From IMG/VR virus record IMGVR_UViG_3300033121_002193, positions 1-64,000 of that record: a stretch of 64,000 bases of DNA; one strand, written 5' to 3'. Positions 29,682 through 38,597 of the stretch are shown piece after piece. The notes beneath the pieces were generated by a model. The model was not told where the DNA came from and did not search any database. It was given only the letters and a program-made list of their open reading frames with translations. Source of the DNA: a virus (Duplodnaviria; Caudoviricetes). A program made the position numbers and the translations under genes. Positions within the stretch are counted from its first letter, which is position 1; every line of letters starts with the position of its first letter.

Positions 29682-30782
29682 TTAACCATCTGGAAATTTA
29701 AGTTTATTAGATTCAATTTTAGAATCCCAAGCAGGCGCTTGGAGCATAGGAGTAGGCGGGCCTGATGGGCCCATTCCTGTAGGATGCGTATGTGCATCAA
29801 ATAAATCTGCTTTTGCTTTAAATTGTGTCCACAGTGTTTTTAAATGATCTGCTATTGCAGCTTTGACCCCTGCATTTCCCAATAGAGTTGTTGTGTTGCC
29901 ATCTTTATCTGATATTTTTAATCCTGCACCACCATTTAATTTTAATTCGATTTGTTTTTCTTTAAATTCAATAGTGTTTTTTTCATCAATGTTGATAATT
30001 ATTTTTCCATCTTTTTGAATTTTAATATATCTATTTGGTTTATTGACATCATCTGTTGCATTTGCAGATACAGTAATATCACCTTTTTTATCTATTTTTA
30101 AAAAAGAATTGCTGGCTTTTGGATCGCCTACAATATTTGAATTTGGATTATTTGAATTAGTAGAACCTTTTTCTATATCATTAGAAGAGCCTCTTAAAAT
30201 TCCTTGGCTGTTTGTTGGACCAAAAAAATTTAAAAATAATTCACCGTATTTATTTATAGATGTTGTAATTCCATTAAAAGAAAAATTCAAAAAATGTCCA
30301 TTATCTTTTTTGTCTTTTATTTTGGTATCATAATTAGGATTTTTATTTAAAAGTACATTTTTTATTCCACCTACAATAATAGGATTAGCTGCAGTTGCGC
30401 CTATACATAATATTAAAACCATGCTACCTAATAATTTATTTAAATCAGAATCTTTCAATGGTCCTTGTGTTAATTTAAAACTCATTAAATCTTGCACGTT
30501 TGGTCTTAAAGTATATTCTAAAAAATCAGAAACTCCGCCAAACATATCTGAAACTGGACAATTATAATACACAGTTGTATGTTTGTTTTCGTTCAATTGT
30601 TCTTGCACTAAAACATCATATGTAATAATTGCAGTATTTGCAGAACTATCATTATCTTGAGGATAGTTTATCTTTAAAATTTGTCCTACTTTTAAAGAGA
30701 AATTATTGTACATAACATCTTTAAAAGATATCGGCTGTTCTGTAAATAAAAAGCTTGGCGCAACATATCCATTATTTTGCAT
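29682..30782 (-). CDS. Baseplate central spike (gpV/gp5-like)
   Basis: OB-fold-like N-terminus (LILCIGATAANPIIVG), beta-repeat, C-terminal HTH (HxH) metal-binding tip FDAHTHPTGMGPSGPP. Confidence 0.75.
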   Translation of the reverse strand: MQNNGYVAPSFLFTEQPISFKDVMYNNFSLKVGQILKINYPQDNDSSANTAIITYDVLVQEQLNENKHTTVYYNCPVSDMFGGVSDFLEYTLRPNVQDLMSFKLTQGPLKDSDLNKLLGSMVLILCIGATAANPIIVGGIKNVLLNKNPNYDTKIKDKKDNGHFLNFSFNGITTSINKYGELFLNFFGPTNSQGILRGSSNDIEKGSTNSNNPNSNIVGDPKASNSFLKIDKKGDITVSANATDDVNKPNRYIKIQKDGKIIINIDEKNTIEFKEKQIELKLNGGAGLKISDKDGNTTTLLGNAGVKAAIADHLKTLWTQFKAKADLFDAHTHPTGMGPSGPPTPMLQAPAWDSKIESNKLKFPDG

Positions 30783-30787
30783 AACAA

Positions 30788-32713
30788 TTATCCTAATTCA
30801 TCAATATCTTGAACTATTTTTTTATTAGAAAAAATCCCATTGTTCGGTTCAGGTTTTAATTCCTGTGAATAACCACCTAAATTTTGATATAATTTTTTTG
30901 TTTTTTCATTTGTTACACCAGCACTTCTAAAATATCCATTAATATTGTCAATTACTTCTAAATCTCCTGATTTATGTGTGCCATGTGATAAAGACAAAGT
31001 TGTCAAAAAAGATGTAATGCCGCTTGGCTGTTCAACAATATATTGATGATCAACTCCCTCTATATGAAAAACAAAATCATTATATTCTAAGTTTTCACCA
31101 ATACAAATAGGCTCTACAATACCAACACATTTAAGAACTCCCGTCAATCTTAAATGCATATTTGCCATAAAATCACTAATTAAAAAATTATAAGTTTCAA
31201 GTTTTTTTACATTATCTTTGTGTTGTGTAGATAGATTAAAATAATCTTGATCTATTTTTGCCTGATATAGTTTCAAACCGTTTCTTTTTACATCATTTGC
31301 ATCATAAACCCATCCAGCTTCACTAATAGCTAAACTATCAACAATAACTGAATAACCAGCAGATGCAAAATCAACATCATTTTTAATAGTCACACAATTA
31401 GTTCTTAAAGCTTCTGTTCTGCCAAATTCGTAACCAACTACCAATGAATTATGAATTTCAAATCTTGGTAAATCCAAATATAAAGTATAAGGTATATCAT
31501 CTTGACTAATATTTACAGTAGATAACATTCCTGCTGTTGATTTTGAAAATTGCGTATTTGTAGTAAACGGAATTTGCCGACAAACTACACTAGGAACAAT
31601 TGGAGATAAAGGGCTAGGTTCTGGTCTTAAACAAAAGTACATTTCGTTTAATAACGGATTGCTGTGTTGTTGTAAAATAGTTTGAATCGTACCGTTAAAA
31701 TTAGGAGATATATTAATTATCTTTCTGCCTGGTAATTTAAACTTATCATTTGACGGTTCCCAATACATCCCGTATTTACGACCATTTGTACCTTTTGCAA
31801 AGTCTCTAACAATAAAATCTGGTCCTAAAACGCCATTATTCCCTTCGTCGAATTTCTGAACTCCGATAAAAACATTAATCAAATCACCATAAGTATGAAA
31901 TTGATTGCTATTTAAAGGCAAATCTCTATTAAATAATTGAGCAATAATTTTAGGAATTCCAAATGTTCCGTTGACCGTTTTCACAGGACTGTCTTTGCCG
32001 CCAGATTCACCAGAACCAGGCCCTAACAATACTTTGTGCCAAAATATAAATTGATCATGAACACTGAAACGTTCTTTAGCTAAAACAGATAAAAAATTAT
32101 TTTTTTCATTGTTAACAAATTTAAAAAAATTATCTGTAAATAATTGATTAGAAACAGTTCCTTGTTCGCCAAGATTTAAAAATGGACTATAGTATATTTG
32201 AGAATTATACTGATCAAAACCTACCCCATTTAATCTGTATCTAATTTCTTTTATTCCAGCACTAACCTGAAAAACTTCTTGAATTGTATAAGCTTTGCCA
32301 AAAAACTTTAATCCACTATCATAACTATTTGCACTTTTACCTGTTTGAATTCTGTCTATTAAATCATCTAATTTGGTATGATCGTTGACAATCCAAGCCA
32401 TCATATAATCACCTGGACAAATTAATGATAAAAAATTTCTTCCACTTGTCAATATGGTAGATAAATTATGTGATATCCCTTGTTTTTTTGTGCTAATACT
32501 CAATGATAATATTTCGCTTGTAATGATAATAGGTTCTGATCTTAATTCTAAATAATCATTTAAATTAATAATTTTATCTTTATTTTTTACAGCAGAAATA
32601 TTGTCTATTTTTCTTTTTCTGTATGGAAAAATAGCAATTAAAGCTCTCGGGCTTTGGAAATGAACATCTCCAGAGTTTGCTTTTAATACAATGTTTTTGT
32701 ATTTATTAGACAT
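30788..32713 (-). CDS. Baseplate hub protein
   Basis: Between tape measure and spike; C-terminal G...ICIGENL...FHIEGVDH...TTLSLSHG pattern. Confidence 0.65.
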   Translation of the reverse strand: MSNKYKNIVLKANSGDVHFQSPRALIAIFPYRKRKIDNISAVKNKDKIINLNDYLELRSEPIIITSEILSLSISTKKQGISHNLSTILTSGRNFLSLICPGDYMMAWIVNDHTKLDDLIDRIQTGKSANSYDSGLKFFGKAYTIQEVFQVSAGIKEIRYRLNGVGFDQYNSQIYYSPFLNLGEQGTVSNQLFTDNFFKFVNNEKNNFLSVLAKERFSVHDQFIFWHKVLLGPGSGESGGKDSPVKTVNGTFGIPKIIAQLFNRDLPLNSNQFHTYGDLINVFIGVQKFDEGNNGVLGPDFIVRDFAKGTNGRKYGMYWEPSNDKFKLPGRKIINISPNFNGTIQTILQQHSNPLLNEMYFCLRPEPSPLSPIVPSVVCRQIPFTTNTQFSKSTAGMLSTVNISQDDIPYTLYLDLPRFEIHNSLVVGYEFGRTEALRTNCVTIKNDVDFASAGYSVIVDSLAISEAGWVYDANDVKRNGLKLYQAKIDQDYFNLSTQHKDNVKKLETYNFLISDFMANMHLRLTGVLKCVGIVEPICIGENLEYNDFVFHIEGVDHQYIVEQPSGITSFLTTLSLSHGTHKSGDLEVIDNINGYFRSAGVTNEKTKKLYQNLGGYSQELKPEPNNGIFSNKKIVQDIDELG

Positions 32714-35103
32714 TATTGTCCTTTAACTTGTCCAGAATTTGGAAATTTTAACTCTTCTGGTTGTGGGGAAAAGGAAGGAACAGCGCCCCTCATCCAATTA
32801 TAGCCGCGTTCTGGCAAAGTAATTTCATTTGGTGCATTATAGCCTTCAGGATGTTGAGGGATAGGGCCGCCAAGTCTTCTTTCTAATGCGTTTGTATTAT
32901 CAACAATAGCTCTTTCTAAACGACTCATTTGAACGACCAAAGGTGACCCTTCGTCAAATAATGATGGGGTGCCTTTTTTTGTGAAATCTGTGGCCGCTTC
33001 TTTTTGCTGTGCCATAGCTTCGCTAAATTGTTTTGCAAATTCTGGTCTGCCTCGCAAGGTTTCTCGTGCTCTTTCAACGCCAGCACCAAACAATACGTCA
33101 CCAAAAGGGGCGGTTCCTGCTGCTGTGTTTTCAATTTTTGCTTCTGTATTTAATCCAATTGCTTGACCGCCAAATTGATTTACAAATTTTTCAGCTTGCT
33201 GATATGTAACGCCACGAGAAGCCTGATAAGCTAAAATCAATTTGTCACGTAAATTTTCTGAATATGCACGAGACTCTGTTGATGCACCTGGCAGTAAACC
33301 TTGTTGATATTGTTTTAAACCTTCTGGCGATGAAATTTCTTCGGCTGCACTATAGCCTTCCATTTGCATTGCAGCGCCAAGGGTTTTGTGCAATCCAATT
33401 CCAGTTAATCCACGATTTACTTTTTCTATGTTTCCGCCAGCGCCTTTTGTTAATTCTCGCATCAATGATTTATTTGCTACAATTTCATCTACACTCCTTG
33501 CGGTTGTTAATCCCATAAGAGCTGCTGTAGATAAATTTTGAACATCTATGCCTGCTCCAGATAATGCTTCTTGTATGGCCAATGACTGAATCGCCATCCC
33601 CATAACGGTTCCGCCACCACCTTTCATTGAGCGAAATTCATTTGTGGCATTTTGAGCTTCTATAATATCTTGTCTGCCAATTTGAGAGGCATTTAATGAA
33701 CTCAATGATGTTCTTAGTTCTTTTAAAACATTATCTACATTGTCTATTCTTGCTGTGCCACCTTCTGCTAGGCTCTCTGCAGCAAATACCAAATCTTTAA
33801 CTAATGATTTTTCTATGCCAGTTTGAACTCCTCTTGTCATTGCTTGTTCAAACATTTTTAAAACACTTTGTTGATTAGATACAACACCGCCCATTCTTCT
33901 GGTTAACTCAGATGTCTCACCAGGTGAAGAAAGTCCGGCTCGCTCCATTAAAGCCATTGTTCCAATATTAGCTCGTTCTGCGCCGATAAGCCCAGAAGCA
34001 CTATTCATTTGCAACAAAGCTGAAGTTTCAGGAATAGAATATCCGTATTTCCAACCAGTAGAATAAGCCCCTGATAATTTTCTAGCTAACGCTCCGGGTT
34101 TTTCATAACCAGCAATAGCTTGTAAACCCGCTAATTTAGCAGGTGCAAGCCCTAATCTTTCATTTGCTAAATCAATTGAAAAAGCATATTTTGCTCTTAA
34201 ATTCTCTAAAGCCTCTGCCGTCAACTGTCCTTTTTCGGCAGTTAATGCAGATTTTCTTAAAGCAGGATCTATAATATCTTTATTTTCACCGATAGCTTTT
34301 GCAGCGCCCGCACCCGCACCAAAAAGACTGCCAAAAAAGCCTTTTATCGAACCTAAAACACCTCCAGTTGCAACATCAGTGACCCCGCCAATTACTCTAT
34401 TTACTGTAGACCCTGTTTGTGCTGTTTGAGACGCCTCTAATGCTCTTTTCAATCCACCTGTTGCCGCTAAAATTCCATAATCAAGATTTTTGCTAAAAAT
34501 CATGTTTGCAATTTTATTTGGCGCAGCCTGACCTTGTGCTTCATAGCCAATTCTTCTTAAATCAGCACCGGCTACATGACTTACAACTTCTTTTGCAACT
34601 GCACCTACTGCCTGAATCATTCCAGCTGTTTTTAAAGCATCTATAAAACCTGCTCTTTTTGGCATTGATTCTAAGATATCTTTTCTGTGCTGCGCATTTT
34701 CGCGAATATCTCCCATTAGATTTCGCGTAGTCTGTATTTGCTGTTCTTGTTTTCTTAATAAAAGTTCTTTTTCTTTGGCGTTTGTTGTTTTTAGAATTGC
34801 GTCAGCTAAAGCTTCTTGTTCAGATACAGCGTCTTTTAAAATTCTAGCTTGCTCTTTTAATGTATTGTTTATGTTCTTAAGTTGTTCTTGAGCTTCTTTT
34901 TTTGATAATTTATTGAAAAATTTACCTGCATCAGCATCGATATCTTTTAGTATGCTTTTTGTTTTTCTAAATTCATCATTCATTTTATGAAATGATGTTT
35001 TTTCTAATTTAGAAAAAGATTTTCCAATATCATTTAAAGAACGTTGAGCTTGATTAACGTCAAAATTTATTAAACCTTTTATTGTAATTTGTTTATCTGC
35101 CAT
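32713..35103 (-). CDS. Tape measure protein
   Basis: 796 aa Ala/Gly-rich helical; follows two small chaperone-like genes. Confidence 0.7.
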   Translation of the reverse strand: MADKQITIKGLINFDVNQAQRSLNDIGKSFSKLEKTSFHKMNDEFRKTKSILKDIDADAGKFFNKLSKKEAQEQLKNINNTLKEQARILKDAVSEQEALADAILKTTNAKEKELLLRKQEQQIQTTRNLMGDIRENAQHRKDILESMPKRAGFIDALKTAGMIQAVGAVAKEVVSHVAGADLRRIGYEAQGQAAPNKIANMIFSKNLDYGILAATGGLKRALEASQTAQTGSTVNRVIGGVTDVATGGVLGSIKGFFGSLFGAGAGAAKAIGENKDIIDPALRKSALTAEKGQLTAEALENLRAKYAFSIDLANERLGLAPAKLAGLQAIAGYEKPGALARKLSGAYSTGWKYGYSIPETSALLQMNSASGLIGAERANIGTMALMERAGLSSPGETSELTRRMGGVVSNQQSVLKMFEQAMTRGVQTGIEKSLVKDLVFAAESLAEGGTARIDNVDNVLKELRTSLSSLNASQIGRQDIIEAQNATNEFRSMKGGGGTVMGMAIQSLAIQEALSGAGIDVQNLSTAALMGLTTARSVDEIVANKSLMRELTKGAGGNIEKVNRGLTGIGLHKTLGAAMQMEGYSAAEEISSPEGLKQYQQGLLPGASTESRAYSENLRDKLILAYQASRGVTYQQAEKFVNQFGGQAIGLNTEAKIENTAAGTAPFGDVLFGAGVERARETLRGRPEFAKQFSEAMAQQKEAATDFTKKGTPSLFDEGSPLVVQMSRLERAIVDNTNALERRLGGPIPQHPEGYNAPNEITLPERGYNWMRGAVPSFSPQPEELKFPNSGQVKGQ

Positions 35104-35110
35104 TAATCAC

Positions 35111-35512
35111 CTAAAAGCTCATATTGATATCAGGAGGTAATTCTTTTTGTTTATTTAGTGCTTCTTGTTCTTTTTTTAATTCATTAAACTCATTTTCTTT
35201 AATCCATTCCTGATCTTCTTCTTCCTTGGTTTTTGAATTTGTGTTTTCATTGTTTTTACTTTTTAAAAGATTATGTTTTGCTTTTAAAACATCATCATTT
35301 GATAAATTAGAGTAATAATTTTCATATAGATGTAACATTATATATGTTATATCTAATTTTTCAACATCAAGTAATGATACATGAAATAAAGAAGAAAATT
35401 GTCTTTGCATTGCTCTTATTTGACTATAAAAATCAGGATTTAATCTATTTTTTAGAGCAATTAAATTAATGGATTCTATGAGGTCTAATTCGGTCAAAAA
35501 ATTTTGTTTCAT
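35111..35512 (-). CDS. Tail assembly chaperone-like protein
   Basis: Position immediately upstream of tape measure. Confidence 0.45.
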   Translation of the reverse strand: MKQNFLTELDLIESINLIALKNRLNPDFYSQIRAMQRQFSSLFHVSLLDVEKLDITYIMLHLYENYYSNLSNDDVLKAKHNLLKSKNNENTNSKTKEEEDQEWIKENEFNELKKEQEALNKQKELPPDINMSF

Positions 35513-35513
35513 A

Positions 35514-35909
35514 TTATTCTGAAACTATTGATTTTTTTGCTTTTTCGCCTTCTTGTTTAATTGAACTTAACCATTTTTGTGCTTCTTCTTGTATTTTTGC
35601 ATATAATTCAGAAGGTATATTTGCGTCAAAACACTGAGTTAAACTATCTGTTTCTGTGTACCATTGTGGGGCTTCGATTATATAAGCTTTTAATGTTGCT
35701 AAAATATTAGCAGCTCCCTCTACAGTAGGTTCAATAGACTCATCGTTTTTTGGATGATTTAACAATTCTCTTTTTTTGTTTTCTATATTAAACCAATCCA
35801 TTAAATTTAAAATGGGTTTAATGGTAAAAACCCCTTGATAATTGTTTTTTGTAATTGTGCCTTTAGATTCAAATGGGAATTTTAATTTTTCAAATGGATT
35901 TAAATTCAT
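35514..35909 (-). CDS. Tail assembly chaperone-like protein
   Basis: YQGVFTIK...LATLKAYIIEAPQW pattern; synteny. Confidence 0.55.
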   Translation of the reverse strand: MNLNPFEKLKFPFESKGTITKNNYQGVFTIKPILNLMDWFNIENKKRELLNHPKNDESIEPTVEGAANILATLKAYIIEAPQWYTETDSLTQCFDANIPSELYAKIQEEAQKWLSSIKQEGEKAKKSIVSE

Positions 35910-35915
35910 TAAAAT

Positions 35916-35944
35916 ATTATAGCAAAATATCAGCGTTTAATCAA
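35916..35944 (-). promoter_or_regulatory. Sigma70-type promoter, probably leaderless
   Basis: TTGATT-17 bp-TATAAT with extended TGn; -10 ends 6 nt before ATG 35909. Confidence 0.6.
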
Positions 35945-35963
35945 TTATTTTTTATAGTAAAAT

Positions 35964-36845
35964 TTACGTAAAGGTCAAAGTAGGTTGAAAAGTAAAATTA
36001 GCACAAAAAGAAACCCCGCTTACATCAACTGCAGAGCCACCAGAAACAGGTACAGACATCCATAAACCAAACATATCACCTTTAGATACAGGATAACCAG
36101 CAGGAGAATAAATATTAATACTATCAACATCACCAGGGAGAGCTACCACAACCGGAGCAATTGCAACTGGATTCGTTCGATTAATCTTTGTCGCTTTAAT
36201 AACCAAGCCATTAACTTCTGTTACTTTATACAATCCAACATTTTCACAATTAGGCCCTAAAAACGGGGTTCCGTTGATATTAAAATCAAGAAAATCGCCA
36301 ACAGATGGAGTATTTCTAAAAACAGTAGTAGCAGTAAAAACAATATCTTTACCACTTACAGTCATAGCATATTGTCCTCCATTTTGCAGCAATCCAACAT
36401 TTAAAGATAAAGGAATATCAACATATGTGTTATTTTCCATCCCGGTTAGTAAATGAATGCCAGAATTAATATAATTAGAAAAATTATTATAATAAGTAAA
36501 TGCCGTCAATCCATAGTCTTTGCTAGCTGTCGTAGCTGAAGTAAAAGAGCCGCCCACAACAAGTGAATCATAACAATATAAATCACCTTTTGTAATAAAT
36601 CCGTTACAAGGAACCTTGAAAATTGGCATGTGCTGATAATAAAGACCTACTGCTGGAGCAGGAAGCTTAAACATATGTGAAATATATTTATTCTTTATTC
36701 CATCAATTAAACCATCGCCAGCAATTAAATTACCTAATTTAATATCATCTTTTGTATTTCCAGTTAATTGCCCAAATGGTTTAAATGCTGGTTGTGAATT
36801 GCCAAAATCATTTAAAGTTTTTCTTTGTATTTCTAACATTGCCAT
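35964..36845 (-). CDS. Virion structural protein, hypothetical
   Basis: Contains the GD-x-L...N-x-G-x-Y-x-V module shared with sheath/baseplate; preceded by late motif and GGAG RBS. Confidence 0.45.
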   Translation of the reverse strand: MAMLEIQRKTLNDFGNSQPAFKPFGQLTGNTKDDIKLGNLIAGDGLIDGIKNKYISHMFKLPAPAVGLYYQHMPIFKVPCNGFITKGDLYCYDSLVVGGSFTSATTASKDYGLTAFTYYNNFSNYINSGIHLLTGMENNTYVDIPLSLNVGLLQNGGQYAMTVSGKDIVFTATTVFRNTPSVGDFLDFNINGTPFLGPNCENVGLYKVTEVNGLVIKATKINRTNPVAIAPVVVALPGDVDSINIYSPAGYPVSKGDMFGLWMSVPVSGGSAVDVSGVSFCANFTFQPTLTFT

Positions 36846-36873
36846 TGTATAAATTCTCCTATTTTACTAAATT

Positions 36874-36881
36874 AGATTAAG
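36874..36881 (-). promoter_or_regulatory. Putative late-promoter motif CTTAATCT
   Basis: Upstream of 36845 start. Confidence 0.65.
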
Positions 36882-36884
36882 TAA

Positions 36885-37343
36885 TTATTTTACTTCATTA
36901 TTTTTTTTAAAGTTCATATAATCAGCAATTTTTTGCCAAAAATCTAAACCAGTTATTAATGCCAAATTTTCTAAATTAGATTTTAATTCAGTAACAGCAA
37001 TTAATCCTGCAACCAATTTAACAACTGGAGCTCCTAAGCCAAAGACAGTTTCAACAACATAACTAAGAATAACTGCTAATTCATAAGCTAACATTTTATT
37101 CACAGTTCTTCTTAAACCAATTGAAGTTATTTTTTGTTTGTTTTTTATAACGGCCCATAAAGCTGTAATTAAATCTGAAATAACTAAAACAACAATCGCT
37201 GTCATAATTGCATGAATGGGTGACACAAAAACAATCAACCATCCCGCAAATTGACTAATAGCTAAAAATAAATCATCAAATTTAATATGTGCTATTATGT
37301 TTTTTAAAAAAAATAATATTTTTTCTTTATATAATTGTAACAC
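36885..37343 (-). CDS. Holin (phage holin 4-like)
   Basis: Hydrophobic helices; DLITALWA...ITSIGLRRT..K...Y...ELKSNLEN. Confidence 0.75.
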   Translation of the reverse strand: MLQLYKEKILFFLKNIIAHIKFDDLFLAISQFAGWLIVFVSPIHAIMTAIVVLVISDLITALWAVIKNKQKITSIGLRRTVNKMLAYELAVILSYVVETVFGLGAPVVKLVAGLIAVTELKSNLENLALITGLDFWQKIADYMNFKKNNEVK

Positions 37344-38058
37344 TTGCTGTTCCAGTTGTGGGCGGAGTATTAGTATAAAACACGCTAATATCTTTATCTG
37401 TAACCATTTTTAATAAATTAGAGCCAAAGTCTAAAACCATTTCTTTGCCTGGAGCAAGATCCCATCCTTGACTATAATCATAAGCAAATCCAAGTTCAAC
37501 ATCTGTATAATTACACAAAATTAACATTGTTCTATCAGAATCAGTTGTTAAAATTAAATTAGAAGTAGCTGCGTTATTACTTGTAATAAAACTAAAATCA
37601 ACGGTATCCATTAATGGAGCAATTGGAGTTAATTTAGAAATTGCTGTTGTTGGAGATGTAGTTTTTCCTAATCCATCCACTAAATGAACCCTAAATGCAT
37701 TTACTGGACTTGTTTCGTATGCCGCCAATGGAATATGATCAGATTCAGGAATTTCTCGTCTTTCTGGAATAATACGAATAGATGCGCCATTTGCTAACAA
37801 AAACATAGAACAATCCTTTACTGATACATAATTTTTATCTGCTGTTGGTGCAATACCAGCAACAAACTGTGTATCAGATAGAACTTCTAAAATTTCTAAT
37901 TGAACACGTTCTGTACCAAGCAAATCAAATAACATAAATTTTTGTTTAACAAACAGCCCCTCTGTACTAGCAACTGTTAATACACCATTGCTGCCACCAT
38001 CAGCTGTTAAAACAATCAATAAATCTTCATAAATGTCTGCTTGTTTTCTTAACGCCAT
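37327..38058 (-). CDS. Hypothetical structural protein
   Basis: 243-aa ORF with GAGG RBS, downstream of tube. Confidence 0.45.
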   Translation of the reverse strand: MALRKQADIYEDLLIVLTADGGSNGVLTVASTEGLFVKQKFMLFDLLGTERVQLEILEVLSDTQFVAGIAPTADKNYVSVKDCSMFLLANGASIRIIPERREIPESDHIPLAAYETSPVNAFRVHLVDGLGKTTSPTTAISKLTPIAPLMDTVDFSFITSNNAATSNLILTTDSDRTMLILCNYTDVELGFAYDYSQGWDLAPGKEMVLDFGSNLLKMVTDKDISVFYTNTPPTTGTASVTII

Positions 38059-38089
38059 TTTTTTTTACCTCTATAATTAAATATAATTA

Positions 38090-38578
38090 TTATTGAAATT
38101 TAGCTGGATCGCCCGGATCTTCAAATAAAACACCTTCTTCAATTGATTCGTCTTGAAGAGCAATACCCAAAAATGTTACAGTATATGTATTTGTAGCTTT
38201 TGCTCCTAGTTCACTGGATACACCTGTGTTTCGACATCGTGTAACGCGTCTAATTACTTTTTTTGTTTCTCTATCTTCAATATGTATGTCAAATTCAACA
38301 TTTTTAAATAATTCACCCAATGGAGTTGCAATAGATTTTCCATTTTCTTTATGGTAAACCCCTTTGCCAATTACAACAAATCCATTTAGAGTTACTGAAA
38401 CAGCTTCATAAGAAGTCAAAACAATTTCTTGAGCCTCAAACCTTCCCAGTGTATGAATTGCTTCAGCTCCATGACTAACATTAAAACTAACACTTGTGGC
38501 AACACCAACAAGTCTATTTGCCACATAGACTTTGGCGCGCGCTCCCTGCATTGTTTCTGCAATACCATTAATTGCCAT
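38090..38578 (-). CDS. Tail tube protein
   Basis: 162 aa directly after sheath; GARAKVYV...VG...EAIHTLG. Confidence 0.75.
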   Translation of the reverse strand: MAINGIAETMQGARAKVYVANRLVGVATSVSFNVSHGAEAIHTLGRFEAQEIVLTSYEAVSVTLNGFVVIGKGVYHKENGKSIATPLGELFKNVEFDIHIEDRETKKVIRRVTRCRNTGVSSELGAKATNTYTVTFLGIALQDESIEEGVLFEDPGDPAKFQ

Positions 38579-38597
38579 AAATTAAATCCTTTTAAAA

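Noticed and set aside
35111-35560. Tail-chaperone G/GT-type programmed frameshift at A_AAA_AAA
   Set aside because: The downstream ORF is in the +1 frame, not -1, and that frame has a TAG before its own ATG
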